Below, piece after piece: positions 34,601-46,300 of a stretch of 64,000 nucleotides of DNA. Under the pieces are notes generated by a model, which saw only the letters and a program-made list of their open reading frames with translations, was not told the DNA's origin and did not search any database. The stretch's first letter is position 1. Each line of letters opens with the position of its first letter. The translations under genes were made by a program, and so were the position numbers. The DNA lies in assembly GCA_039621445.1 (NCBI GenBank), contig CP154954.1, forward strand, positions 33,271,455 through 33,335,454. The letters are read 5' to 3'. Source of the stretch: Euglena gracilis (Eukaryota).

Positions 34601-37600
34601 TGTTCAGTCTTGCCCAGCATTGGCCAGTCCAGGGCGCACTTCAAAGCGCGGCAGCAAGGGCTTGCCGAACGGGTACACTCTCTTCACCCGGCAGTAGAGC
34701 CGCTTCCGCCACCAGAAATACATGTCGCTGAGCTGCTGCAGGCGACAGCCCTTGGCTGGTCTGTGCAATGCAGCACAGAAGACGGCGCAGAAGGGCACAG
34801 AAGACGGCGCAGAAGGGCACTGAAACGAGAAAAAAGCGGAAATGACATCCTTCTTTTTGTTTTGGTTTTGCGCCGTTGATTCACAGCGCCGTCCTTTCCC
34901 CAAGTCAAACCCCACGCACCTGAGGTCAACTCCGCCACACGAAGCCAACCACAACACAATCGCCACAGGGCTTCACAGAAATGCCCCAGTGATATCACTT
35001 TTGTCAGCTGCACAGAGACAAACAAGGCCTGGCGAGGAGGGCTGGGCGGACAAGGCCAGCACGGGTTCACTGCCAGCGGTCGGACAAGGGGGCAACCCGC
35101 CTTGGGAGAGGCCGCGCAGCTTTTCCAGCCGATCAAAGGCAGCCTCCAGCATTTCCCAGCCATGGCGCAGCGCAGCCCCCCTCCCGGACCAGCGCCCAAG
35201 AGTGACAGGGAAACACACACACAACATGGGGGAGGGGTGGAGACCCCATCCCAGACCCTGACCTCATTGCCTTGCAACATTGTGATGGGAATAGGCTGGG
35301 GACAGGCACCTGTGGTCACTTCCCATTTTGGTGCTCTGGTCGGCCCTGGTCGGCAAATAATCGGCCATAGGTGGGGGTATCCGTCACAGAAAAAATGCGA
35401 AGGGATGCAATGATTTTCTGAATTGTCTCGCCAAGGTCAAAAAGAAGTGCCCCATAAGGCCTCCATTGGCTCCCCAAAAGCAACCAAAATGACCTAAAAT
35501 GGCTTGAAATAACCAAAAATGACCCAAAAAACGCCAACAAAATCCACAAAAGATTGTGAAAAATGACCCAAAATTACCAAAAGGGCGCAAAATGGCCAAA
35601 ATGCCATAAAAAATGCTCAGATTGACCCAAATTAGCCCAATATTTGCCAAACCAGTGACAAATGGCCCCCAAATTAGCAAAAACTGATCCATAATGCCCA
35701 AAATGGGTGTAAAACTGGATATTTGTGAGAAAATTATCCAAAAATGGTTTTAATTCTTCAAAATATACAAGAAAAATGCCAGCATCACCCAGCATCGCCC
35801 AGCAACACCCTGCATCGCCCAACATCGCCCAGCATCGGAACCAGGCTTTTGCTTAAGGACCCCGGGGGGGGGGGGGGGGGTACTGGCTAGCCAATCGGCT
35901 AGACACTGGAAAAAGTGGACCAGCTAGACCCCCCCTCCCCCCCCCCCCGGGGGGGGGGGGGGTCCGGGGGTCCCCCGGACTGGAAAAAAAAATTTTCCTC
36001 CGGCGCTGCGCGCCGGAGGAAAGATGAGGTTTTTAATAGGGTTTTGGCTGATTTTGTTCCAAAAATTTCCAAAAATGGCCAAAAACGGGCATTTTTGGCC
36101 ATTTTTGGGGGTCCCAAAAAAAATTTTCGGCGCTTCGCGCCGGTCACTGGAAAAAAATTTTCCACTAGCTAGCCCTGCTAGCAGACCCCCCCCCCGGGGG
36201 GGTCTGCTAGAAAACCCACTAGCCAAATTTGGACTAGCTGCAGTCCAGCCCCCCCCCGGGGGGGTACTGCAATCCCTTAAGCAAATGCCTGATCGGAACC
36301 CTACCTCTGGTCTCCAAAAATCCAGCATCACCCAGCATCGCCCTGCAACGCCCAGCACCATCAGAGGTGCTTGTTCCAGAGGGAAAGCTGCCGAATTCCT
36401 TCATCCATTCCCCTTCGGTCGGCCAACCACATGCAAGTCGGCCCTGGTCGGCCCTGGTCGGAACCCCCACCTACGGGGGTCCTGAAAATCATAGTCGGCC
36501 CTGGTCGGCCCTGGTCAGCCGTAGGTGCCTGGCTGGGGAGAACATGCCACGCTGATATCTCTGATGCTGGGAGAAAAGAATAAACCAACCTTCGGGGGGC
36601 ATATTGATTTTTGATGGGCTCAAATGACATTGCAGTGTTGGAAGCTGTGACAACCCCCCCATACTGCACGTTTGTGTTTGTGGTGATCTAAATCCCAGCT
36701 GGTTCTGTTCTATTGCAAATTTTTTGTTTGTTTAGAATTGGGAGTTGCAATTGAAAGAGTTGCAATTAACCGATCAAAAAACAAAAACCATGATCAACAC
36801 AAACAACACGGCTTTCAAACCCTAAGCAGGCTGCATCATGGATGAGTGTGAGGGCGTTTGCCTTGGGAACGTTCTCATTGTAAATGTTTAGCCAGCGGCG
36901 GTCGAGAACAGACCTCCAATATACAAATCACAATTTCCAAAAATGCAAAAAAGCAAATGTTTTTTTGGTTCTGTCACTGACGGGTTGGCTGATAGAAGGG
37001 ACGCTGACAAATTCCTATCAGGTTTTCTGGGCGGGACCCTGACAATTTCCCAGATGGGGAAAATCAAGGGGGGTACATCCATTTGTGAAAAATCGGGGAA
37101 AATATACACTACAAATATTTCAGAGACAACTACAAAGATTTCATTTCTGGTGCTCTATTACCCCCCCCCTGGTTGGGGTCGGTATAAAAGTCGTTGGGCA
37201 AAGGGGGTGCGGGTAACCCCTGGGGGGGGGGGTGCCCTGCCCCCTGCCTGCCCATGCCCCCACAGGGCGTGAACTTCCTTCAAAAGAAGCCCAAGAGGTC
37301 CTGAACAAAAAACCCCGTCGTGTGGACCGTTCAGGTGAGGTCTGAGTGAGAGCATCCACATCATAATTAACTTCCTCGTTGTTGTCATCTTCCAGGTAAC
37401 GGATATACGTGGAGGGCTGTTGGCAGCAGGCAATCAAATCACAGCGGAATCTTTTTTTCAATTTGGGGGGGGGGGGGGTGCGAGCTGACAGGAAAACAAA
37501 ATTTAGTGCTTTGTGTCGAAAAGCGAAATTTTCATTCAACTTTGGTCCACTGTTCATCAAACCAAATGGCAAAGCTACAACATCTCGCCAAATCACTTTC

Positions 37601-37806
37601 AAATACCTTCAAACAAAACATATCTCATGCAAACACACAACAAGAGTATTCCTGAAAGCAGGGGAAAAATGCTGCCATGTGTCCTGGTTGCCTGGATGCC
37701 ATTCCTCTTTCTGCACCAGGGGAACCTCAACCACAGAAAACTTCGGGGTTGGGATGCGCTTCAGGGGGGACGCAGCCACTGCGGAGTTGGCGGAGCCTTT
37801 GTTCAT
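28700..37806 (-). CDS. EPL1: Enhancer of polycomb-like protein (EPC/Epl1 family, NuA4 subunit), multi-exon; exon borders and 3' end only partly resolved
   Basis: Collinear exon peptides match EPL1/EPC motifs: RIPTPKF (~37750), QPSTYIRY...VNYDVD (~37360-37420), EMLEAAFDRLEK (~35120-35155), MYFWWRKRL...GKPLLPRFE (~34640-34725), DDAYVLF (~33365-33385), VLRLIKRREQIKKEYF (~31675-31725). Further GC-rich exons lie at ~31130-31220, 30770-30900, 30225-30305 and 29750-30015. Confidence 0.72.
32270..33274. mobile_element. hAT-like MITE (CAGGCTG family) with nested insertions
   Basis: ttccgaac-CAGGctgtttt ... aatacagCCTG-ttctgaac (7/8 TSD). Confidence 0.8.
35842..36291. mobile_element. hAT-like MITE, TSD ATCGGAAC, same family as 12449-12882
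   Basis: atcggaac-CAGGcttttgcttaagg ... ccttaagcaaatgCCTG-atcggaac. Confidence 0.93.
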
Positions 37807-40800
37807 GGACGGGAGGCTGCGGCTCACATAGGGCCACAAGGTGCGGGCAGCTGGATGGGCACCAGCGCATCCGCTGCAATCCGCATGGACACCTGCAAAA
37901 CAGGGAAAAGATAAGCAGCGACAAAGGAAAACAAGCAAAAAACTCTCTCTCAATGCGTCAGTTGTTCAATGGGAGGTGGAAATGAGGATTTCAACATGTT
38001 TTCTGCCCCCCCACCCAACTTGTGCCCAATTTTTTGGTGAAAAATGCAAAAAAAAAATGGGTGCAAAATGGCGGACGTACACCTTCTGGACCATAGATTC
38101 ACTCGGTGACCAGGGGGGGGATGGGGACTTTTTCCCTGGCCCAGCCCACCCAGTTTTTTTTAACCCCCCCCCACAACCCCCCAGTCACCCACCCACCCAA
38201 AATCCAACCAAAATCGGCTGAAAACGCTGAAAAAAATTTTCCGGCCCGGCCTTTGGCTGAGAAAAAACCTGACCGATGGTGCACCTGCCCCCCGGCAGCC
38301 CCGGGGCCCCAACCATACCATTGCTTGGCGACCTCCCCCTAGGGGGGAGTGGGGTCACTTCCACTCTGAAAAAACCAGTCAGCTTTTTTCAAAAAAAAAG
38401 CCGCTTTACCCCCGGGGGGATCGGCCACTCTTGAATGCGCTCATGTTGTCAAGGCACTATTGCCAAAAAGACTCAAAAACTTACAAAAAAAACTTCCGGC
38501 GCCAGGCAAGCCACTTTTCCATTTTCGGGCCTACCCCCCCCGGGGGGGGGGGGGGGGCTCTTGGTCAGAAAACCAGTCAGTCACCCCCCAGGGGTGGGGT
38601 GGGACAGGTGTTAAGCAATGATGTGGCCCCAACCCACCTCGAAAACCCACCTGCCCCCAGGGTCACACAGATGTTAAGTGAATCTACAATCTGGACCCAT
38701 GGCAGGTGCTGGGGGGGGGGGGCAATAATCCCCCTTTACCACCCTGCCCAACACTTCACAAAGACTTACTCTGTCTTGGGAATGCAAAGAAATAGCAGGA
38801 ACACAGGCATTTTCAACGCCTTAAAAACCCGTGAAACAAAATGATAAACACAAAAAAAATCATTCTGGCAGATTATTCTATGACGCGCCAAAATGGAGTC
38901 ACAAAATCACGGCGAAAACAAAGCAACTCCAGTGAAAAAATGCTTCCTGGCATCATTGTCTGTGCAAATATTATTTATTTTCGACTCCATTTGATGCTCA
39001 GACCGCCTTGGGAACAAAAAGTTTTTTAAAACGCCAGACAAATTTTATTGGTCGCCACACCTAGCTGGCGCGGGGGTGTGGGGGGGGGGGCTAAAATAAA
39101 AACCTGGTTTTTGATTGTTGTTGCCAAGAGGGTAATGCCCAGTTGACTCCCACCCAGAAGCTATTTGATAGAGACTGCCAAAATATCCCTTCTTGTAGCA
39201 CAAGCGCAGATGTTGATTGTGAATCCGTCTTTGGTCTTTGGTGCAACCAACAAAAAATCCATCTAAAAAATCCTCAAAATTTATCGGTTGTATCAGCAAC
39301 CACATGCATGTGGGATACAAACAAACCCAACTACTTCTAAAAACTTGCACCAGACTACACTTCAATATCAACTTGAAACCTTTCTGCAAAATTTTTGTAG
39401 ATTCAGAGGAACAAATAGCATCGTCAGCAGGCAAAAGACAAAGGAAGCAAACAATTCAAAGTCGGTGGGGTCAGTGTGATAGCCAAGCACCCAAACGATG
39501 ACACTGAAACGACAGGGACAAGAAACAGATCCACCCCAAATGCTTTTCCATCTTTGCGTCCAACATCCCGGCTGCATTTGGTCAAACTTTCTTTTGGAAA
39601 ATCCTCTGCGTTCACTTAGTGCACTCTTTTCGGGGAAACAATAAAATAACGTTGCCATTTGAGATGCAACACAATTTGTAAATTTGTGAACTTTGGGAAC
39701 AATGCAAGCCCTTTTGCCAAAAGCAACATCAATGGTAAATAAATTTGTTCAACTTCAACAAAAAAAGGGAAAAAGCAAAACAGCTGGAGCCCATCAAAAG
39801 CACAAGGGGAATCCTCAACAAAGCCACAAGCGAAAATTCGTTTCCATTGATTAGCTCTGGTGTTCTGGAAGCAGGATTAGTCCGGAGTAAAATGCAAGGA
39901 ACGCCATTACGTCCCCTTTCCCATTTCCGGCTCTTCTGCCAGCGCATTTCTCGCATATGGGTTTGGCGGCCGAAGGTTTGGTGTCCAGTAGAGAAAATCG
40001 TCGCGGCGTTTCCATTTTCATTTGCTTGTGACGAATGATAAGAAATCCTCTGCACTGCAGAGGGTGCAGTGGCCCCTTTTCTTGGCTCCAATATCTTTCT
40101 GAGGGGCTCACTTTTCAAATCTGCAAGAGGGCAAGAAAGCAAGTTGGTTGGAAGTGTTAGGATTCAAAATGCGACCACTCAAAAAGAGGAGATATGGGTT
40201 CAGCCGTTGTACTACAGGGTGGGCAGGGGTGAGCCCCCACCAGATTGCAATGAAATTCAGCAATTTGAGTATGCAAAAACAATTTTTTTGCATTTTTGAT
40301 TTCCTTTTTTGTAAATTACTCTTTTCCCCAGGGCCGATTTTTCACCACATGCACCAACGCCGGTATCCACCCTTCCAACGCAAATTGGATTTTCACCTGT
40401 TCCCAGTCACTTTACCATCATGGAAAGTTGACATATTGGTTGAAATGTGAGTCAGTAATGAATTGTCAGGGGGGTCAAAACAACGCCATATGAACTGTAA
40501 ATTTTTTGAAAAAAATTTTCCACAACACGAACTGGTCCAAATCCTCTCACATCTGACAACTTCACCACGTCAATTCTCAAACAATGACAGAAACCCCTTC
40601 TTCATACATTTCTCTCACCTTGGCCCATTATGCCCCCATTGAAAAAAATACAAAAATCACACATATAAGCACACTTTTGTTGCATGAAAAAAGGGGAAAG
40701 CATAAAACATAACCAAAAGATACATGAAAAAAATATTCCTAGATACCCTTGGTCTTCAGCTCTTCTCAACACAAAATCAAAAAAAGCATCCACAGCATTG

Positions 40801-41248
40801 TCGACTTGGTTGGAGCCATGTCAACAATATTGTTTAACCTGAAGAATCAAAAAACAAAAAAGAACCTTTTACGTCCAGGTGTTTTTTAAAGACCCCTGGA
40901 AGCTTCAATATAAGGGCAGCTGGGGGGGGAGGTCTGGGTGACCGATTTTTGGTCTGGGTGGCAAACTTTTGGCGAAGCGCCAGGACAAAATTTTGACCGA
41001 CCGCCCAAAACGGTCAAAAGTGCCATTTTGGGAACTGTTTGGGCAAAAACTTGTCAAAAATGCAAAAAAAATTCGGCACAAAGCTCCAAAAGAAAAAAAT
41101 TGACCTTTTGGGGGGTTGCCGGATGACCTCCCTGCTGGGGTCGGTCTGGACCTCCCTTGGCACGTGGGGGTGGGGGTGGTCCGGACAAGAACCTTGGGGG
41201 GTGGGCCGGGGAAAAAGGTGGGTGGGGGTTGGGGGGGGGCGCCCGGCA

Positions 41249-41529
41249 CAGGGGTGTGTGTAAGACCGGGGGGGGGAGGGTGGGTCCCCCCACCCACCCC
41301 ACCCCGGGGGGGGGGGGGAGGGGTCCCGGAGGAACCCACAAAAAAAAATGGCCGAAAAAAATCGCGAAAAAAAGTGCTAAAAATAGAATTTTTTTCGGCG
41401 CCTGCAGCGCCAAAAAAAAGTATATCCCACCCACCTCCGGGGGGGGCCCCCCCCCGGGGGGGCCCGGCCGGGCCCACCCCCCCCCCTCCTCCCTCCCCCC
41501 CCGGGGGTCCAAACTTAAAAAAATCCCTG
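41249..41529. mobile_element. hAT-like MITE, TSD GCCCGGCA, same family as 10161-10416
   Basis: gcccggca-CAGGGG...cttaaaaaaatCCCTG-gcccggca. Confidence 0.9.
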
Positions 41530-42122
41530 GCCCGGCAGCCGAGCACCTTCAATACAGGCAAAAAAAAACAAAAAAAACCCCAAATCCCGCCAGACTGTCA
41601 TTTTTTTCCAAAATTGGCGGCCCCCCGCTCTACCCCCCCCCCCCCTGTCAACCGACTGGGTTCCCATAACCCCGACCATGGGGGGTGGCCATGCGCGCCC
41701 CCCAACCTACAACCCGGTGGTCGCACGACTACCGATTCTCAAAACCACCAACAGGGGGGGGTGATTGTACGTGCCCCCCTTATGTCAACCCCCAAAGGGG
41801 GGGGGGTCCTCAAAAAAAAGCCATTATGGCCATTTTCGCCCCCTTAATGTAAAATCGAATTGAAAAATGATCGATTCTCACCTGGGGGGCCAATAAAAAT
41901 GTTGTGTGGTGCAATTTTGCCTCCAACCAACAAAAAACATGGTTTTTTTTTTGTGCAATTTAAGCTCTTTTTTCAATCACTTGCAAAGAGTTGACAATTT
42001 ATTTGCACGCAAAAAAAATTATCTGAAGACACATCATTTTGAATTAAAAAGCAAAAACCCAGGAACCCAGTGCAAGTGTTGTTGGCGACTTTTGGACAGC
42101 GTGCCGGGAAAAAAGTCCACGG

Positions 42123-42408
42123 CAGGCTTCTTTTTAAGACCCCCGGGGGGGGGGGGGGGGGGGGGGGTCCCCCCCACCCACCCAGGGTGGCGCGCGCCCC
42201 CACCCAAGGGGGGGGGGGGCGGGGACCCCCCCAAAATTGGGCCCGTTAAAGGCAATTTTCAAAATTTCCGCGCTTCGCGCCAAAAAGGTATACCCAGCGC
42301 CTCCGGCGCGGGACCCCCCCCCCCAGGGGGGGGGTCCGGCCTGGACCCACCCCCCCACCCCCCCCCCCCCCGGGGGGGGGGAGGTCAGGTGACTTAAAAA
42401 GAAGCCAG
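42123..42408. mobile_element. hAT-like MITE, TSD GTCCA(C/T)GG
   Basis: gtccacgg-CAGGcttctttttaag ... cttaaaaagaagccag-gtccatgg. Confidence 0.88.
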
Positions 42409-42703
42409 GTCCATGGTGGTTGCGGCTTTTTGCCCCAGCACATTTTTTTCAATCTAAAAATTAAAGTTGCAACACAGACTTTCAAGTTGGCAAGGCGGCA
42501 CCGACAAGAACGTTGCAGAGCAGATGGTTATAAAAAAAAACTTTCCATCTTGGTTACGGCACAAAGAAAGATTTTTCCCGTGATGTTAACAACAAGTGTG
42601 GGTTGGACTTATTCCCCCCTCATTCCTGGGTTGTGCTTTTTGAAAATCAAAATTTGACACACTCCCCTCATGGTAAGCTTTCTGGGGGCATGACTCCAAC
42701 ATG

Positions 42704-43203
42704 CAGGGAATTTCTTAAGGACCCCCCGGGGGGGGGGTCCAGCCTCCGGCTGGCCAAAAGGCTGCTTGCTGGATTTGAGCTGCTGGCTGGACTCCCCCCC
42801 GGGGGGGGGGGGGGGGGGGGGGAGGGGGGTTTCCGGGGTTGGAGCTGGCTGGGCTGGGCTGGGTCGAAGAAAAACAAAAATTTCTAACACATTTTCGACA
42901 TTTTGATGGGTGGAGCTAGATCAAGGCTGGGGGGCTGTGATGGAGGGGCTGTGATGAGGGGGAAAAATGCAGGGATAAGTGAGCTGGACAGCCCAGTTGG
43001 CTGGCCGGCCTGCGGCCGGCTGGGCCGGCCTTCGGCCGGCTGGCCCGGCCTCCGGCCGGGCTGGACCCGACTTTATTTCACTCGACCCCGGGGGGGGGGG
43101 GGGGGCTCCCAGCCCAAATTTGGGCTGCTGGCTGGATTTGAGCTGCTGGCTGGCTGGACCCCCCCCGGGGGGTAGGGTACCCTCCGGCTTAAGAAATTCC
43201 CTG
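42704..43203. mobile_element. hAT-like MITE (500 bp), TSD CCAACATG
   Basis: 16-bp TIR cagggaatttcttaag and a perfect TSD. Near-identical to 45391-45894. Confidence 0.95.
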
Positions 43204-43348
43204 CCAACATGACCTGTCAGCCGTACTGTCTCAAAATGGCCACTTAAAAAAGATAACAACTTCCCTGTAGCTTTGAGAATTACCAAATTGCTCCATGCAA
43301 CCATTCGCCCAGCTGTGGCCAAACAAATGACACGGATTGGGTGCATGC

Positions 43349-46300
43349 CTAAAGGCCCTTCGCGCTGGTGTTTGCCCGAACCACAAGGTGCCGGGTCTCG
43401 TCCAAGGGGTAGTTGTTCATGCTCTGGATGGCCCCTTGGGCCTCCTCCGGGGAGGTGAAGTGAATGAAGGCAATATTGCCCACCGGGTTGGAACCAGGTT
43501 GGGGTCGGCGAGGCCTGACGGGCACCATCGGCGGGCCGAACCGACCAAAAGAGCACAGCAAACGCCCAACCTGACTGGAGCCTCGGGTCAGCTGCACCTT
43601 GGAGATGGTGCCGAACCCCTCAAAGAGAGACTGCAGAGCAGTCGGGGACAGGACGGCAGCCGCCAATTGTGATGGGCGAAATGGGAACCGGGGACCAACT
43701 GGGCACCTTCGCAGGGCTCATCATTTGGACGGAAGACGGCCCCTCACTTGGGCCTATAGAAAACCGTGATTTGGCCCCAAAACAGGAAACCGATTGGGGG
43801 TTCCCATTGGGATCCCCGGGATAACTATTCCGATGTGCCGGCCGGATTAGGGTGTGAAAAAGATGCAGATATCAAAAAACTAGCCAGATAACGACAGTTT
43901 TGAAAATCTCCTGCTGAGCTGGCGGATGGGGGGAAACCGGCAAAACGACAGCGCTGCAGGACACGCGGACTGATTCCTCGGAGTCATCCCCCCCCGGAAT
44001 GGGAATGGGGCGACCGTCCTGCTCTCATCCCAATCATGGGGCACCCCGCCGACGTAGACAGACGTGGGGCTCGCCACTGCACCACCCTTGCCCCGGCCCC
44101 GGCCCTTGCCCAGCCCGCGGCCGCCGGGGAAGCCCGCCGGGGCCCCGTAGGCAAAGCCGCCCCCAAAGCCACCAAAGGCACCGCCACGGGGAATCTTGAA
44201 CGCCGGGCCACCGAATCCATTGTCCGCGGAAGGCTTTTTTCAAGCACGTGGCAATGCAAAACAGAATCACACAGAACGATTTAGGTGAACCACTCTGATT
44301 TTCTTCGAGGACAATGCCACCCGTTCAGGATTCTCACAAGGGATTGGTGGTAAAAAAAAATGGCCAAAAAATGGTGCAAAAAGAAAAAAAATGGAGCAAA
44401 ACAAGGGAAATATCCGGACATTTTCCAAAAATTTTCTGTCGCGGCCAAAATGGAATAAAAATATTTAACCAATTTTTGGTCATTGGAAAAAATTTTACTG
44501 CCGCCAGCGAACTCCCCGCAGGGTCAGTGTTGGGTCCAGGTGCCTGCCAGGGGGAAGAAAGATGAAGCCCCCTTCGGCCCTCCCGGCTGTTGGGGTGACC
44601 CAAAAAGGGCCGGTGTTGGGATTCGGATTCGCCCGACGTCAGGCCGGGTGGAGGGGTGCTGCTGTGGCTGATTTTGGCCCAGCTGCAGCAGCCCCCCCCC
44701 CCCCCCCCGGGTCTGCAAAACCCGACAGACATGAATAATCCTGCCCCGAAAAGACTGAGATGAGAAGAAGAAGATGAGGGGTTTAAAAGAAGCCTGCCCA
44801 AGGGGCCGCTTCATCCCAGTGCCCGGCAGAGCATCCCGCAGCTGCGTGGAGGACATGAAGACCTTCAGCGTTTGGGGGAAATCCTCGTCGAGAGGGTAGC
44901 CGTGAGAGGCAGGGGCATGCTCGCACTGCCGCCCGAAACCTTGGAGGAATTCCGTCCCATCCAAACGATGCAGAAACTCACATTCAAATGATGCGAGGAC
45001 CTGGGGTTCCAAAGCTTCATTTTAGGTCACCGATTCCTTTGGTTTTGCTCACTTCCGCGATATGTTGACATCGGTTCTCCGACCCCAAGAACAGCCCAAA
45101 ATAAAGGGGCCGGATTGGCTGGAAAATGGCCTGAGAAAAATGGGGATGAACTGGAAAACCTGGTGAGACAAAAAAAAGTCATCACTCTTGAGGGGGTTTT
45201 CTTGAATTGAGAGAGAGGACGTCGTGGGCTGAACCAAACATGGTTCTGCCTCTGGCTTTGAACCTGTGTTTGGTCGGTTGGAAGGTGAGGATGACCCTGG
45301 CAGAGCCACTCAATTGCTGCCTGTGCCTCTTGCGGTGTGCCAAACCTTGCATAACCGACCTGGTGCCCTGACTTGGTGGTGCCAGGGGACCAGGGAATTT
45401 CTTAAGGACCCCCGGGGGGGGTCCAGCCTCCGGCTGGCAAAAAGGCTGCTGGCTGGATTTGAGCTGCTGGCTGGACCGCCCCCCCCCCGGGGGGGGGGGG
45501 GGGGGGGGGGGGGGGTCTGGGGCTGGAGGGGGCTGGGCTGGGCTGGGTCGAGGAAAACCAAAATTTTCCAACACATTTTTGCCATTTTCGACATTTTGAT
45601 GGGTGGAGCTAGATCAAGGCTGGGGGGTTGTGATGGAGGGGCTGTGATGAGGGGAAAAAATGCAAGGATAAGTGACCTGGGCAGCCCAGTTGGCTGGCCA
45701 GCCTGCGGCCGGCTGGCCCGGCCTTCGGCCGGCTGGCCCGGCCTCCGGCCGGGCTGGACCAAACGTTATTTCACTCGACCCCGGGGGGGGGGGGGCTCCC
45801 AGCCCGAATTTGGGCTGCTGGCTGGATTTGAGCTGCTGGCTGGCTGGACCCCCCCCCGGGGGGTAGGGTACCCTCCGGCTTAAGAAATTCCCTGCAGGGG
45901 ACTCAGCAAGCGCCCCGTGGACGCTGTGTGCAGGGATGCCGAAGCGCAACCCCCCCACCCCAAATGGGCCATCTGAGGGCATTTCCCCCCAAAATTTTTG
46001 GCAATGGCCAAACCTCCCAGGGTCCACCCCGGAGTTCCAGGGGGGGTCTTCCAAATTAAAAAGCCTGAGCACCCCTGAGAAACCCGCCTAAGAAAAATTG
46101 CTGGGCCCCCCAATCCTGGGATGCGGGAGGGTCCAGCTTGTCCCCCAAAAGCCCAATCCAGCTTGGTCAGCATTCTTGAGCCAAAATCTGGAGGTGCAAA
46201 TCCAAAAGACCCCCCGTCACTTGGTGACCCACCCCCAGGGGGGTCCACCTCAGAGGCTGAAAATTTTGGGCTGGCTGGAAAAAGGCTGACCCCCCAATAG

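Noticed and set aside
37727-37892. SWIM-like CPCG...CPH zinc finger suggesting a MULE transposase
   Set aside because: It is an alternate frame of the EPC-like first exon. The IPTP frame fits the downstream EPL1 motifs.
38850-40850. Fragmentary coding-like minus-strand stretches
   Set aside because: Many stops and no recognisable domain or consistent exon chain. Possibly a decayed gene or transposase.
40905-42485. Long Gly/Pro-rich ORFs here and at 26243-27031, 48096-49438 and 58005-59016
   Set aside because: They are translations of poly-G/poly-C MITE sequence, open on both strands, with no protein signal beyond the exons already called.
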